A stretch of 64,000 nucleotides of DNA, taken from contig NC_083292.1 of NCBI RefSeq assembly GCF_963506605.1, forward strand, positions 28,024,001-28,088,000, written 5' to 3'. The stretch is from Zootoca vivipara (taxonomy: Eukaryota). A program made the position numbers and the translations under genes. This document shows, piece by piece, positions 13,701 to 27,900 of this stretch. Under the pieces are notes generated by a model. The model did no database searches. It was not told the DNA's origin and saw only the letters and a program-made list of their open reading frames with translations. Each line of letters opens with the position of its first letter. Positions within the stretch are counted from its first letter, which is position 1.

Positions 13701-14030
13701 AGGTCACTACCCGCACCGCTCATTTTTTACACAATACAGAGCAAACACGGATTTGCAAAGCTACAAAATGCTCTTTTCTTTTCTTTTGGAGAGGAAGCTC
13801 TATCCGCTGAATTTCTGCCCCTGCAGCAGCGTTGCCCGCCTCGCAACCCAATCCCTGACCGCTTCCTTCCACAGCCCTCCGCCTCCGGCCCCTCCCTCCC
13901 TCCCTCCCTCAAGTTGTGCTCGAGTCCCCTTTACCGTATGAGCCGCTGCCAAGAGTCGCTGTCGCCATCCTCCTAGCAACGGCCCCTTCTGCAAGCCAAC
14001 TCTGGCCAAGGCGAAAGCCAAAGTCGCCAT
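10742..14030 (-). CDS. MRPL49: Mitochondrial ribosomal protein L49 (mL49), 178 aa
   Basis: Exons (- strand) 14030-13935, 12652-12487, 11307-11180, 10888-10742 total 537 nt, in frame. Motifs: [68 protein letters not shown]-terminus resembles a mitochondrial presequence. Head-to-head with FAU as in mammals. Confidence 0.95.
12116..12367. mobile_element. Non-autonomous hAT-type MITE (decayed left end); same family as 29432-29917
   Basis: CCAAACTAAGGCCCGGGGG...AAAAGTTTGCTGACCCCT is colinear with the copy at 29432 but lacks the nested 230-bp insert. Confidence 0.75.
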
Positions 14031-14325
14031 CTTGGGAGGAGGAGGTGGAGGAGGAGGAGAAGCGCGAGTTGATGGCGTCAACGCGACCCTACCATAGAGA
14101 GGGCACGGCGGCACCATAGAGACAAAATGACGGCGCCAGCCCGGCCGCGCGAGAACACTGAGCCGAACCAACCATAGAGACGCCAACGCCCACACCCGAC
14201 CCCACTGCGCCTGCGCCCTGGTAGTCCCGCCCCATTTCCTGCCTCTTTCCTTTCCCTCGTCTGCGTGCGCGGAGCGGCGGCGACTCTTTGGCTCTCTCGG
14301 CTCCATCTTGGATCGGCGACTGAGG
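14031..14325. promoter_or_regulatory. Bidirectional CpG-island promoter of MRPL49 and FAU, including the FAU 5'TOP start and non-coding exon 1
   Basis: CpG-rich. The pyrimidine tract CTCTTTCCTTTCCCTC at 14243-14258 is typical of ribosomal-protein TOP starts. Donor GG|GTGAG at 14325/14326. YY1-like CCATCTT at the MRPL49 ATG and in FAU exon 1. GC box at about 14226. Confidence 0.8.
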
Positions 14326-15059
14326 GTGAGACAAGGAGGGAGGGAAATCCAAAGGAAAATTGTGGGGGTGGGGTCCCCCGGACTCATGGGTCCCCTTGAG
14401 ACGGCCCTCAAATCCAGGCGAATAGGCGTGAATAGGCGCGGCTGACTTCTGGCCCCTGGCCCAATGGGCCTACTCGGAGCAGGACTGGCATCGGCTGCAC
14501 GCGGCTCGCAGGGCCCCGTGAAGCACGTGGAGATGGAGCGGAATGCGTGTTCCAGCGATGCGGGCGGCTGGAGGCGCCTTGGTTGGACCGTCCGTCCCCG
14601 TAGCCTCGGCTTCCGCGGGGACCGTAGAGAAGCACCCCGTGTCAGTCAGTACGGAGAAGGCGGCCAGCAACGCTCTTCTCACGCTGCTAAGACTTGAGAG
14701 GAGACCGGCTGCTCAGGCAGGCAAAGGCCATGGGGCCGGTTTTTAAAGCCTGAGGAGCAAACGAAGTTTGGGGGCGGGCGAATTTGCCTTGTTGCCATTC
14801 TTATATGACCCCCTGTGTGTGGATTCTGCTTCCTAAAGAAGGGGCGTGACAGGTCACCGATCCAAAAACGGGGTGAGGGAATGGAAGCAAGGAGAGAACG
14901 TTGCTTGAATGGCACATCCTTCGTCTGAAGTAGGGACTAGGAATGATCCAGATGAGTTTTGCTGGAGACTTTAAGGATATGAGGAAGGATGCTGTACAGA
15001 GGCATCACAGGAGACCTTTATGCAGTGACTAGATTTTCCTGTTGCCCCATAATCAACGT

Positions 15060-15147
15060 TCCCTGGGCATTAGAGCAAAATGAGCATGCAACCCCAGAGT
15101 CATCCACGACTGGACTTAACAGGCAGGGGTCCCTTTACCTTTACCTT
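15060..15147 (+). mobile_element. Sauria SINE 3' fragment
   Basis: GAGTCATCCACGACTGGACTTAAC...CCCTTTACCTTTACC tail, shared with the full-length copy at 35334. Confidence 0.65.
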
Positions 15148-15567
15148 CTCACTTCGCAACGGGTAGGCCAAGACATCTCTGTTTCTGTGTGTGGAGCTGT
15201 TTGTGGCCCAGCAGATGGCACTGTGTGTTGTTCAAATGCGGGGCAGCGATAATCTTTGAGAGGAACTGTGTTCAGGTTGGCATTTCCTGGTGGACTTTGT
15301 TCCCTGCACAATATTTGGAAGGATACACACAGACAGTTTTGTGAGTTCCTGAACCAAAGTTAGGGGCCTTCCAGCAGTATCTTGATGGAAGCTAAGGTGT
15401 TGCCAGGATGAGCACCAATAGCAGGCTGAACAGAGAGGCTTGTGAGCCACATCTCCTGTTCTGAGTTTGTTGTTGAACAGCAGCATTACCTTGAGGCCTG
15501 CTTTACAGAATGGAGAGGGAGCTTCCTAGGCTAAAAGATAGGTGGGAAACGCCAGTGGTATACTAGC

Positions 15568-15815
15568 TTAAGAACATAAGAGCCTGCTGGATCAGGCCAA
15601 TGGCCCATCGAGTCCAGCATCCTGTCCTCCCAGCAGCCAACCAGATGCCTGTTGGAAACCAGGAAGCAGGATTTGAGCACAAGAGCCATCTCCTCTCCTG
15701 TGGTTTACAGCAACTGGTCTTCAGAAACATCGCTGCCTCTTCCTGTGGAGGACAGAGCATAGCCATTGTGGCTTGCGGCCATCAATAGACCTCTTTTTCA
15801 TGAATTTGTCTAAGC
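15568..15815 (-). mobile_element. CR1-type LINE 3' end fragment
   Basis: AAGAACATAAGAGCCTGCTGGATCAGGCCAATGGCCCATC is the typical reverse-complement of a squamate CR1 3' tail (from recall). Confidence 0.55.
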
Positions 15816-15882
15816 CTCAGGAGGAAATGCTACACTTTTGCACCCTAATCTGATTACTGTTCTCCTCAGCACAGGTAGAATC

Positions 15883-17825
<1,943 letters not shown>

Positions 17826-19802
17826 GCAGCACCCAGTTACCTAATAAATCTGATCTTAGCTTGGACCTGGTGTTGGTGGGCGTTTTTCTTCCTTATTGGG
17901 AACAGGGGCTTTGTTTTACTTGAGCCGAGGACTGCAGCCGATTCAGAGGAAGTGGGGCAATCAAAGTTGCAAAGTGGTGTAGGAGAGCTGAAAATAATGC
18001 CAACCCATGCACCCCTTTGGTTGCAGATAGTACATGGGGAGATGAGTCTAAAAAGCCCAATACACAAATTTTCATGGCTCTCTAGTGGCCTTAGTAGTAT
18101 TGTATTTGGTGTTAATTCTGAAAGTATTCTCTATTCTGACCAAACTCATCCTCCATTTAGCTATTTTTAAAATTTGTACGGTATACCGTATCAGGTTCAA
18201 GATTGTGGTCTACCCACTTCAAAAACATTCAAGAACCCACCCGTCACAGCACAACTGAGTGGAGAGGACTGGGAACCAAGTAGAAAAGTACTCAATACCC
18301 TCTTTCCGATCACTCAGGGGTTACTAAATCAATCTTGGGAGAGGGAAGTTCCTTTTTCAGGGTCAGAGTATTTAGAGGGAAATACTGTCACCAGTTCACT
18401 ATACTGTATATCACCAGCCACCTTCATAAAAATAAGAAGGAAGCATATATGCATTTAAAATGAGCAAGCTCTCCATTGTCCCTCCATGATGGCATATTTC
18501 CATGGCTGGTTTTTATATGTAGTGCATTAGCCTCTACTATTTGACAAATCACTTACACTAGGAGCTAAGAAAGTAATGGAGGGAGGGCCAAAGGCCAACA
18601 CAGTGCTCATTTAGTTTGATGTATTTTTAAGTCGGTCATTCTTTGAGACTGCTCACAGGATGGACTGCTTTCATACAGAAAATATTTCCAACATGAGTAT
18701 CGTGGAGAAGGATTCTGGCTTATCCTTGCCATGCTTCTTTTTTTCTGCCAAGGGATGTTTTATTGGAGGGGAGACAGGAACCTGGCCATGGTCCAAAGTG
18801 GACAGCCACAGACTGACCACGGTAGTAGCATGGCAGTGCTAAAAATGCTGCTCTTGGAGAAGAAGGGGAACACAGATTGCATTACCTCTGCTTTAAGATG
18901 GGCTTGAGTTTTTGGGTTCAGAAATTGCAAGGAAACAGGTTGCCGATTAAGCTCAAGCTGGACCTGGAAATGCTGCCGGCTGCTCCTCCCTCTCCCAAAT
19001 GCTCCAGTTGTCCCTGTTTCCCACCCACTGGTGTTGCATATTTCTCCGTCAGGTTAATGGGAATACTTGATTACCACTTTCGGTGTAAATTTCTAGTGTT
19101 GATTCTTCACTACCGCACTCTACCCCCATTCCTTTGAGGTCTCTGGAAGTTACATTCCTCTGTTTCCTGCCCCATGTTGCTGCAGGCATAAACATTCAAG
19201 TGCAACATTAGGCTGAACTGTTGACGACAAACTGGAGCACAATAATTTTTATTCTATATTGTTCAAAGAGCAGAAGGGGCTGCCACACACCCCAAGAGCC
19301 TGTCCACCCCTCTGCTCCCAGCTCACATTTTTGGACCCTGTGAAAATCGCTCTTCGCATATTGTAACTAGCTCAGGATTTTGGCACACACCTGCACAATA
19401 CCTGTTGGGTATTGGGGGAGAAGGCAGGGAGGCCAAACAGCAGGTGGAGGTTTTGTGTCCCCTGCCCCCATCCTCCCTGCAGCAGAGATCTAGCAGTCCC
19501 AATGCCCTGGTTGTAAATTAGAAAGCAATTAAGCAGATGGGGCAGGCTGAATGTGTGTTCTGCTTGGTGGGGGCAGCATGCCACTCGCCTTATGAAGCAG
19601 CCTCCACCATTGAGGACAGTATACGACCCACTTAGAAAGCAAGTATGCTTATATTTCAAACCAGTGTGGCTAACTTATCTCGCATTTCACAGCAGCCTAG
19701 TACAGCGGGACTAAACTCCAAACATGCTGGATAAGAACACTACTAACGATATAGCTCAGCATTTTAAGGCTTAGAAGTAGTACAATAAATTAGCTCTATT
19801 TT

Positions 19803-20000
19803 NNNNNNNNNNNNNNNNNNNNNNNNNNNNNNNNNNNNNNNNNNNNNNNNNNNNNNNNNNNNNNNNNNNNNNNNNNNNNNNNNNNNNNNNNNNNNNNNNN
19901 NNNNNNNNNNNNNNNNNNNNNNNNNNNNNNNNNNNNNNNNNNNNNNNNNNNNNNNNNNNNNNNNNNNNNNNNNNNNNNNNNNNNNNNNNNNNNNNNNNNN
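19803..20000. other. Assembly gap (N run)
   Basis: 198 N. Confidence 1.
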
Positions 20001-20389
20001 GCACCTCCTGGGCACTCTTTGGCTCCCCTTTATAAGTTATGGTGACCTCTCCTAAGCAGGTGCAATAAACCACTCTGGTAGAACAGCAATGCTTTTATAT
20101 CCAATTGTCATAGATTTATGTCTTCAGGTGCCCTAAAGTCCCCGGTCTGCCCTCCGGTTTTCCTCCCACAATGCACTGTTATGGCTAGATTTACATACAG
20201 GAGTGCGTCTGCGCGGAAACCAGTTTTCAAGCTGCGCGCGCACAGCCTTCTGGGGCTCGGCGCCTTTCGGCCCGAGAATGAACGGAAACTCCCGATTCGC
20301 TGCAAGGTATTAACGCGGAAACCCTTTACAGGCTGCTGCCGGAAATTCCCGAACGTGCTCGGCGTCCCTCGGCTGCCTCTCCCACGCCA

Positions 20390-21619
20390 ATGGATTCCGC
20401 AGGTTCGAGTCCCGCGCCGGACCTTCCCTGCGGGCACTGCCATGCCAGGCGAGCCCCTTACACTTGCCCGCGGTGCCACCTCCGCTTCTGCTCCGTTCCC
20501 TGCTACCGGGACCACGGCTCCTGCGCCCAAGATTTCCAGAGCCGCGAGCTAGAGCTAAGCCTCCGGGGCCTTCGGGGGGACAAGGCTTCCCAGCGCCGCC
20601 TGAGAGAGGCCCTCTTGCGGCTGCAGGAGCTACGCGAGCCCGGGGATGAGGGCTTTTCGCTAGGCCTCAACCCCGACGTGGAGCAAGAGGAGGCGCTGTG
20701 GGAGCAGCTGAGCCCCGTCCAGAGGAAGCACTTCCAGCAGCTGCTGAGCAGCGGACAGATCTCGGGACTCTTGCCCGCCTGGGAGCCTTGGTGGCTGGGG
20801 GGCAGGAGCTGCGATGGCGCTGCCCTGATCCAGGAGCTCCAGGGGGACTCCAGGGATGGTCAGGAGCAGGACCCCCACCGGCACCTCAAGGCTTCTTTGC
20901 AACAGCCACCACTTCCGACCCACCCAGAAGAGGCTTCTCCCACCGGCACCCAGAGGCTTCGACGGCAAGCAGTGCCCACCTTGCCATCCTCCATCCCTCC
21001 GCTGGCCTCCCTGACTCATACTCCTGCCTCACCTCTGGTCCGCTTCCAGCTGCCCAATATTCTCTATGCCTATGCCTATGGCCTGGCGCTGTACAATGGA
21101 GAGGCAGACGAGGCAGAGATGCTCCCTGAGTTTTGTGAGACGGTCCTTGACGTTTCTGGGGCTCTGGGGGCCAAGCAGGTTTTCCACTCGACAGCAGAGG
21201 CCCTACAAGCTGCCCTCCAGGCGCTGGCAATGGGGCAATACCCCGAATGCCTGCTGGGCAACGCCGAGGTGATGGTGGCTGTGGCCCAAATTTTAATGGG
21301 GGAGAGCCAGGCCCAGCAAAAGGGGTTCAGCCTCGCTGCCCTCGCCCACATGGCCCGGCTGCTGAGCAAAGGGAAGAGGCGGCTGCCTGCCCAGGACCGA
21401 GCCAGGATCTCTGGGGCCCAGAAGAAATGCGAGTTCTTGCTCTCTTGGGTGAATGAGAATGAGGTGGCTCTGAGCCTCCTGGCCTTGGAGGTGCAGCAGG
21501 AATACCATGCCCACTTAAAGATGGTGAAGGAGGTGGGGGCTGTCAGCCAGGAACTGGAGCGGATGTGGGGGGCCAAAGTCCCTCCTCCTAAGAAAGCCCT
21601 GATAGAAGAACTGGACTAA
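20390..21619 (+). CDS. ZNHIT2: Zinc finger HIT domain-containing protein 2, single exon, 409 aa
   Basis: N-terminal zf-HIT CGHC..YTCPRCHLRFCSVPCYRDHGSC, PAWEPWW, SPLVRFQLPNILYAYAY, KKCEFLLSWVNE, C-terminal LIEELD. Intronless and adjacent to FAU as in mammals. AATAAA at 21723-21728. Confidence 0.95.
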   Translation: MDSAGSSPAPDLPCGHCHARRAPYTCPRCHLRFCSVPCYRDHGSCAQDFQSRELELSLRGLRGDKASQRRLREALLRLQELREPGDEGFSLGLNPDVEQEEALWEQLSPVQRKHFQQLLSSGQISGLLPAWEPWWLGGRSCDGAALIQELQGDSRDGQEQDPHRHLKASLQQPPLPTHPEEASPTGTQRLRRQAVPTLPSSIPPLASLTHTPASPLVRFQLPNILYAYAYGLALYNGEADEAEMLPEFCETVLDVSGALGAKQVFHSTAEALQAALQALAMGQYPECLLGNAEVMVAVAQILMGESQAQQKGFSLAALAHMARLLSKGKRRLPAQDRARISGAQKKCEFLLSWVNENEVALSLLALEVQQEYHAHLKMVKEVGAVSQELERMWGAKVPPPKKALIEELD

Positions 21620-21923
21620 ATTCAGGAGCTTTGACAGCTGTCAGATGCTCACCAGCTGGCCTGGGAGGGAGTTGGGGGGAGAGTCCTGCTGAAACCAGAT
21701 TAGGCTTTTGAGCAGGAAATTGAATAAATACTCTGTAAACTAGATCACATATTGGATTAAATAAGATTAGCCCCTTTTCTGTCTCACTTCGCATTAACAA
21801 GAGGCACTTGTGGGGTCTGCTGGTGTAATAAATTGGCAAACTTTCTTGCTGTTTTTGTTCTATCTTTTAATCAGTGGCCCAATCCTATGTGTGTTTAGTT
21901 GGGATAAGGACGGTCCCACTGTA

Positions 21924-23535
21924 CCGTGTTTCCCCCTTTTTAAGCCGTAGTCATAAAGTAAGCCATTGCAGGATTTTTAAGATTTTAAAAATATAAGACA
22001 TACCCCGAAAATAAGACATGCAGGCGCCCAGCAGCGAAGGTGGGAACGGGGCCCGAGGACGCCTCTGGCCAAAAGTTATGGGGGGGGGTGTTGGGAAGTT
22101 CCATTTGGTGGGGGGGGAGTTGGAGGGAGGGAGAGACACCGCTGACCGGGCTCGTTGCCTCTTTTTTCTTTTCACATTGTTTGTTCCTATAAAATGCCCG
22201 CAAGCCGGCTAAACAGGAAAGAAAGGGGAGAGGACTCACGCGTTTTCCCTCCCCGCCGGCACCTTTTTCCTCTCCCCCCCCCCAAAGCTTCCTCGATCCG
22301 GTGCTGGGCGCCGACCCGGCAGGCCGCTTCCTTGATCCAGCGGCCTGCCGGGTCGGCGCTGATCAGTGCTGCGCGGAGCACTGGATTGAGGAGCCGGTCT
22401 GCAGAGTCAGCGCCCAGCAACGCCGTGCTGGATTGAGGAGGCGATGCTCTGTGCAGCGCTGCTGGCCGCTGACTCTGCAGACCGGCTCCTCGATAAGCGC
22501 CGACCCGATCTGAGGAAGCCCCGCTGCCGCCGCCAGTCCCCGAGCTGCGCTTCGGCTCGGGGGACTGGCGGGGAAGGCAGGCAGGCGGCAAGCAGCGCCC
22601 GCTGAGCTTCGGCTCCGGGACTGTTGTTGCCTGCCTGCCTGCCTGCCTTCCCCAAGGAAGCCCCGCTGCTGCCGCCAGTACCCCGAGCTGCGCTTCGGCT
22701 CAGGGGACTGGCGCGCGCCTGACATCACTGAGGTCGGAATCCGCTCCCCGCGTGCCTTCTCCCGGGGAGCCTCGGTGCGGCGCTTCGCAGGCGGCCCCCG
22801 CGGGAAGTCTGCAGCTACGGCGGGGACCTGACCTGGCAGCAGAGGTAGCGGAGGCGACGCTCCCGGGCGGAGCACCTGAGCCAGCAGCCGGGCCTCTGCC
22901 TGGCCCGGCTGAGGAGGCCTGCCACCCCGCAGCCCAGAACTGGCGGCTGCTGCAGCGCAGAGTGCTCGGAGAGCCCAGCAGCACCACGGAAGCAGAGAGC
23001 CTGCGAGGAGGGAAGAGGAGGAGTAAGAGGAGGAGTAGGACTCCTCTGTGCTGCTTGGCGGTGGCACTTTAGCAGCATGGTCATGGACACCCTTCCTGGC
23101 AGGGTGGCTGCGGCCCCTCAGCAAAAGCCGAGACCCTGCGCCGACGGGGTGCCCCCTCCTCAGCCCAGCCTGCTCCATCTGAACGCGGGGAGGGAAGGAA
23201 GGCATGGGCGTATGTGTATGTGTGTGTGTGTGCGCGCGCACACGGTCTAGCCCGCCACAGATTCTGAGGGACAGTGAACCGGCCCCCCACATTAAAAGTT
23301 TGCTGACCCCTGTCCTGGACAGTGTTGCATGCTCTCCACCTGCTCTGGCTTCCCATATACTACCAAGCTAAGTTCAAGTTCTTTTGTAGATACACAAAGA
23401 CCAGAACAGCTGTAAGGTACTGTAATAAAAACAGTAAGATTAATTAAAAAAAGACATCCCCTGAATATAAGACACCGTGTGTGTTTTTGAGGAAAAAAAG
23501 TTATAAGACGGTGTCTTAAAAAAGGGGAAACACGG
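21924..23535. mobile_element. Non-autonomous Tc1/mariner-superfamily (Tc2/pogo-like) DNA element, 1.6 kb, GC-rich interior
   Basis: TIRs CCGTGTTTCCCC(C)TTTTTAAG ... CTTAAAAAAGGGGAAACACGG flanked by TA on both sides. Subterminal repeats ACAT(A/C)CCC(C/T)GAA(A/T)ATAAGACA at both ends. No transposase ORF. Confidence 0.8.
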
Positions 23536-24958
23536 TATCTAGTAGAGTTTACACTCCAGTAAATACATTGAGTAGCCACCCTCCGGACTGCCCTGATTGT
23601 GAAGAATCTTACAAAGTTTGAATGGGCATTGAACTCAGCAGGGCTTCTAAGAATGTGCTTTAGGATTAAGGCACACCTAGCGGAAGTATTAACAGCCAAC
23701 GGGTTTAGAATTTAATAATCTGGAGTCAGCAGATTAAAACACAAAAGCGTGTTCCTTGTTGTAAAACAATGAGTGAACATGTGATCGGTTGATTTGAGGG
23801 AAATTAGCCATCGCTGTCATTACTGAAATTTACGGCATTTTGGCAGCTTTCTTGTATCCAACCGCGATATGGAGAAACTACCCTCTTGGTAATAACTGTG
23901 TGGACTCTGCATTCACTGTTGATGTCCTCAAAGAAGTGTGGAGCAGCAGCTTTGCCAAAATTACATTCCAAACCCCGCAGTGGTTTGAATATATTATTTA
24001 TTAAAATAAGTTACATTTGCTCATTTCTCCCACCCCTTTCAAAAATGCAAGTAAATACCCCACCCCCTAATTTCCAACCCAGCCAGGGAAATAGTTTAAT
24101 CCTTAACCCACCAGCACCTAGAGACAACTCTGGTGTGCTCCAATTCCTTCTACTGCCCTGTTAGGCTTCCATTGACTCTTTAGCAAATGGCTCTCTCTCT
24201 GTGTGTGTGTGTGTGTGTGTAAGACAGAGGAAAAAAAGGTTGCTCTCTCTCAGCTGTTCCATGCACACATGAAGCGCCCAACTAGACCTAAATTAAGATT
24301 TTGCATAATTTTGAAATTCTTTCCTTAATTAACTGAAAGTGCTTCTAGTCCTTATTTCTGCAAGACGAGTTGCGGTGAAATCTCAGAGGCCAGAGAAAGG
24401 GCAGAGCAGCACTTCCAGTTGGTTGCAGTTTGCCAAATGTCTTTGATGTAGCTCGATGCTCTGCTGCATTGCAGAAACGGAATAAATATGTGAAGATCAA
24501 CACAGTAATTCCAGTCATGTAATCTGGGCTCTTGCTGTCTGCACACAATAAGGATTTTTTAAAAAACCACAACACCACAAAACCCAGCAACACAGAGTTT
24601 GCCCACATGATCTTTGTGGGTTAAATTTGTGCAAATCAAGGCTTGACAAAAGAAGGCGATTTCTAGATCGAAACATCCTGACGGGTAATAGATAGGAAGC
24701 AAGAGAGCCTCTGATTTCTTGAAAGAAGCAGGCTATGTTGCCCTGAGTGGGTCTTGGAAACGAAGCTGCAGCAGGCTGAGACCCACCCACCCCTGGCTCC
24801 TGGAGGTGGGGAGAGGGGTTGTGACCCCACGGTGATGGCCACAGCACCCATTCCTCTCCTTGGTTGAGCCTGTTTGGGCATGGGCTTCTCCAGGCAGGCA
24901 GAAAGGCTGGATTTCCATCGTGGTGACCAGGGCGAGAGCAGAGTTGTCAAGCGATGGC

Positions 24959-27900
24959 TCAGTAGAGGTAGGGGAAGATCCGGTAAGGGACGCGGCGGCA
25001 ATACTCCTGCCAGGCGAGGCCATACTTCCTCAGGCACTGGTGCTCGTCCCGGGCTTCCCGGTGAATGAGAAGGAAGGTGAAGTAGAGGACATAGAAGTAA
25101 GGCAGGATGTGAGTCAGGCCTGAGGAGAGGAAACAGAATGGGGAAGTCATTGGGGAGGGTGCAACAGAGACCCTCTACTGGCTATTGGGACACAGAGGAA
25201 CCACTTCAGATTTCAGTGGAAGGAGGCACAGAGCTTCCCATGTAGGGGTGGGGAAGAGAGAAGGAAAAGGGGTCTCTCGGCACCAGCAGCCTCTTCTCTC
25301 TCATTCTCCCTCACCCCAGCTTTTAAGATCCAGCCGGATGAGTTTGGGGGGGAGGAACCTGAAAGCTTCCAAACTATTTTGGAACATTTGGGTTTGCCTA
25401 ATTGGGTTGGTATTGCTATAATGTGACTCTTAATGCTTTACCTTGTGTAACTTACACAAATGAAATGCCATTTTTTGTCTGGTGGGTTACTGCAAGGGGG
25501 GCCAGTGCAGGGGTCCCCACCAGGCACCGCTGGACTACAACTCCCATCAGCCCCGGCAACAGCCAGCATGGCCAATGGTCAGGGATGAGGATGTGGGAGC
25601 CCGCCTGCAGGCCCCCGCTCCCTGGGTTAAGGCTTGAAAGGCTGGGAGGTGATGGGAAAGCTCTTTCCGGGATTTTGCAGGGAATAACATGAAATTATAT
25701 GGGGTATATTTAATTTTCTACGTGCTTTGCTTGTTTCTCTCCAAAGTGGGGGTTTTGAGAGCCTCCCAGCGGTTACTCAAAGGCCATGAGAGTCATGGAC
25801 ATCAGAAAACAGGCGCTGCTTAATTCTGCCCCCTCAGAATTTGTGTCGACATGTATAGGATGGTTCTCTCTTTCTTTAAGGAAGCACAGCAGCTCTATCT
25901 GAGAGGATGCCGTCTCCCCGTCCTTTTTTCTGTGCATTTGGCAACTTGGCACACACTATGTGTAAGGTCATGTAATTGCCTGTAATGGTGTTGTGTGACC
26001 CTGGTGAGTGGGCCGGGCACTGAGATTCTCTTCCTACAGAGTGTGGGCTGGATATTGACGAAGGGGGAGAGAGGTTCCCACTTACCGCAGGGCAAGGACC
26101 ACGCAAAAGCCATGATGAGGTCTCCTAAGTAATTGGGGTGCCGCACAAACCCCCACCAGCCGGACACCAGCAGGCGCCGTCCTGTGGCCGTGGGGATGGT
26201 TCGCAGTCCTGCAAGAAAACAAGATTTCTCTTGTGAGAACAAAGGGGTTGGGAGAGTTTCACAAGGCGTGCAGGTCCTCCAAAATCAGGAGGCCAGTCAT
26301 GCTCTGCTTTCTCAACAGGGAGGAAAACAAAGCCCAATATTCCACCTCCCTTCCATAGGCAAAAGTCGACGCCCATGCACCCACGCCTCTTCAGAAGCGA
26401 TGGCATTTGGATTTTAAATGCAGGCGCTTTCCTGAGGCACAAAAGGAACATTAGAGGCCAAAGGTTGTGAAGGTGCAAGGCACACAGCTTGTGTGTCTCC
26501 CAGCAGGGTCCAAACAGGCCACAAGCTACAAAGCACAACCAACCAGCAACTTTGGGGTCGGCAGGGTTCCGGCGAAAGGCATTCTTCTGGGAGTTGGCGC
26601 CACGGAAAATGGAGTAGCCCAGGCCTGCAGGGTTGAGAAGGGTGGGGTGGGGTGGGAGAGTGAGAACAGGCTGTCATGAATGGGCAGGGCAAGCTAGAGA
26701 GAAAAAGTGGGTGGGGCAGACAGAGAGTTTGAGCTCTGGCATGGGCTGAAGGAACAGAACTATGAAAAATAATAATAACACATGCACATTTGCATAGATA
26801 TTGTTCAGGCCACATTAATTTTGCTTTTCTTTCTCTTAGCACCCTATGCACTGCATCTCCCTTGGCCCTCCCAAACTCAGGAAATAATTGTTTCCGGGTA
26901 GCAGGCATCATCCACACCCCAGCTTAGGCACTGGGTAGGGGCACTCTGCAAAGTGGAAATTTTGAATATTGCCTGTTGTTGTTGTTTTATATAATAGTTT
27001 TTATTGAATTTTACAGAGAAGGAAGAAAAGAAAAGAAAAAGAAAAGGAAAGGAAAAAAATTGAGAAAAAGATACAAAAATGCAAAAAAGGACAATGTATA
27101 TCCCCTCTTACTTCTTCCAGCTTCTTCCCTTCCCCTTCTTACTATCCTTGTTTATAATTAACTATTACCATTTCCAGATCACATCTAGATATCATAAAAA
27201 TACATCTTGTCTCGCGTTTCATAACCTTATTTTTAAATCGTTCTTATTCATTGCTTATAAAAGAATGAAGGAAAGATAAGAGAAAAAAAGAGAGCGAAAA
27301 GGACCCAATTTAAAAATAAAAAGGCATAAAACATTATCATATTCTCCATTTCTGTTGTTGTTGTTTTTAATGTACAAAGTCCCCACTGTTTGCTATCAAT
27401 TGATTAAGGCTTTCTATCCATTCCCATTCTGGAAGCTTAGTTAAGAGCAAGTCGGTTACGTTATTATACCCCTGCCAGAAAAAGAAAAGACAGTTTCTGA
27501 AGCTTGGTGGGGAAGAAAATGTATTCTGCGCATGCTCAGAGGCCCTGTTTGCCACCCAACTCACCGTTTAGCAGGGTGATGCCCCCAGCCATGGGCAGGC
27601 TCAGCTTCTGCGGGTGGGTGACGAGGAAATACGACTGGAGGGTGTACAAAAAGGGCACCCACGTCAAGTCCCCAAAAGCCAACATGAAGCCGAACCCGTC
27701 ATGGACGATGTCCATCGTGGTGAGGACAGCCTCCTTTGGGAAGGAAGAAAAGGCTTTTTTTTCATCTGGCCCGGGAAAATCCACCAGCTCTCAGTCCCAC
27801 TAAACAAACCCACTGCGAGCCACACACTGGGGGGTGGGCGCATTTCGGAGAACTGCCTGCAGAGCAAACAGGTTCAGGTGATTTGAGAAAGCAGGTAATA

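Noticed and set aside
13800-14750. Long ORFs across the MRPL49/FAU, TM7SF2 (37300-38000) and VPS51 (54600-55460) CpG islands
   Set aside because: GC-rich promoter artefacts, apart from the true first exons they contain.
21950-23360. Many overlapping ORFs of up to 309 aa (e.g. 22363..23292 -)
   Set aside because: They lie inside a TIR-bounded GC-rich non-autonomous transposon. They are low-complexity, have no recognisable domain, and are explained by stop-codon scarcity.
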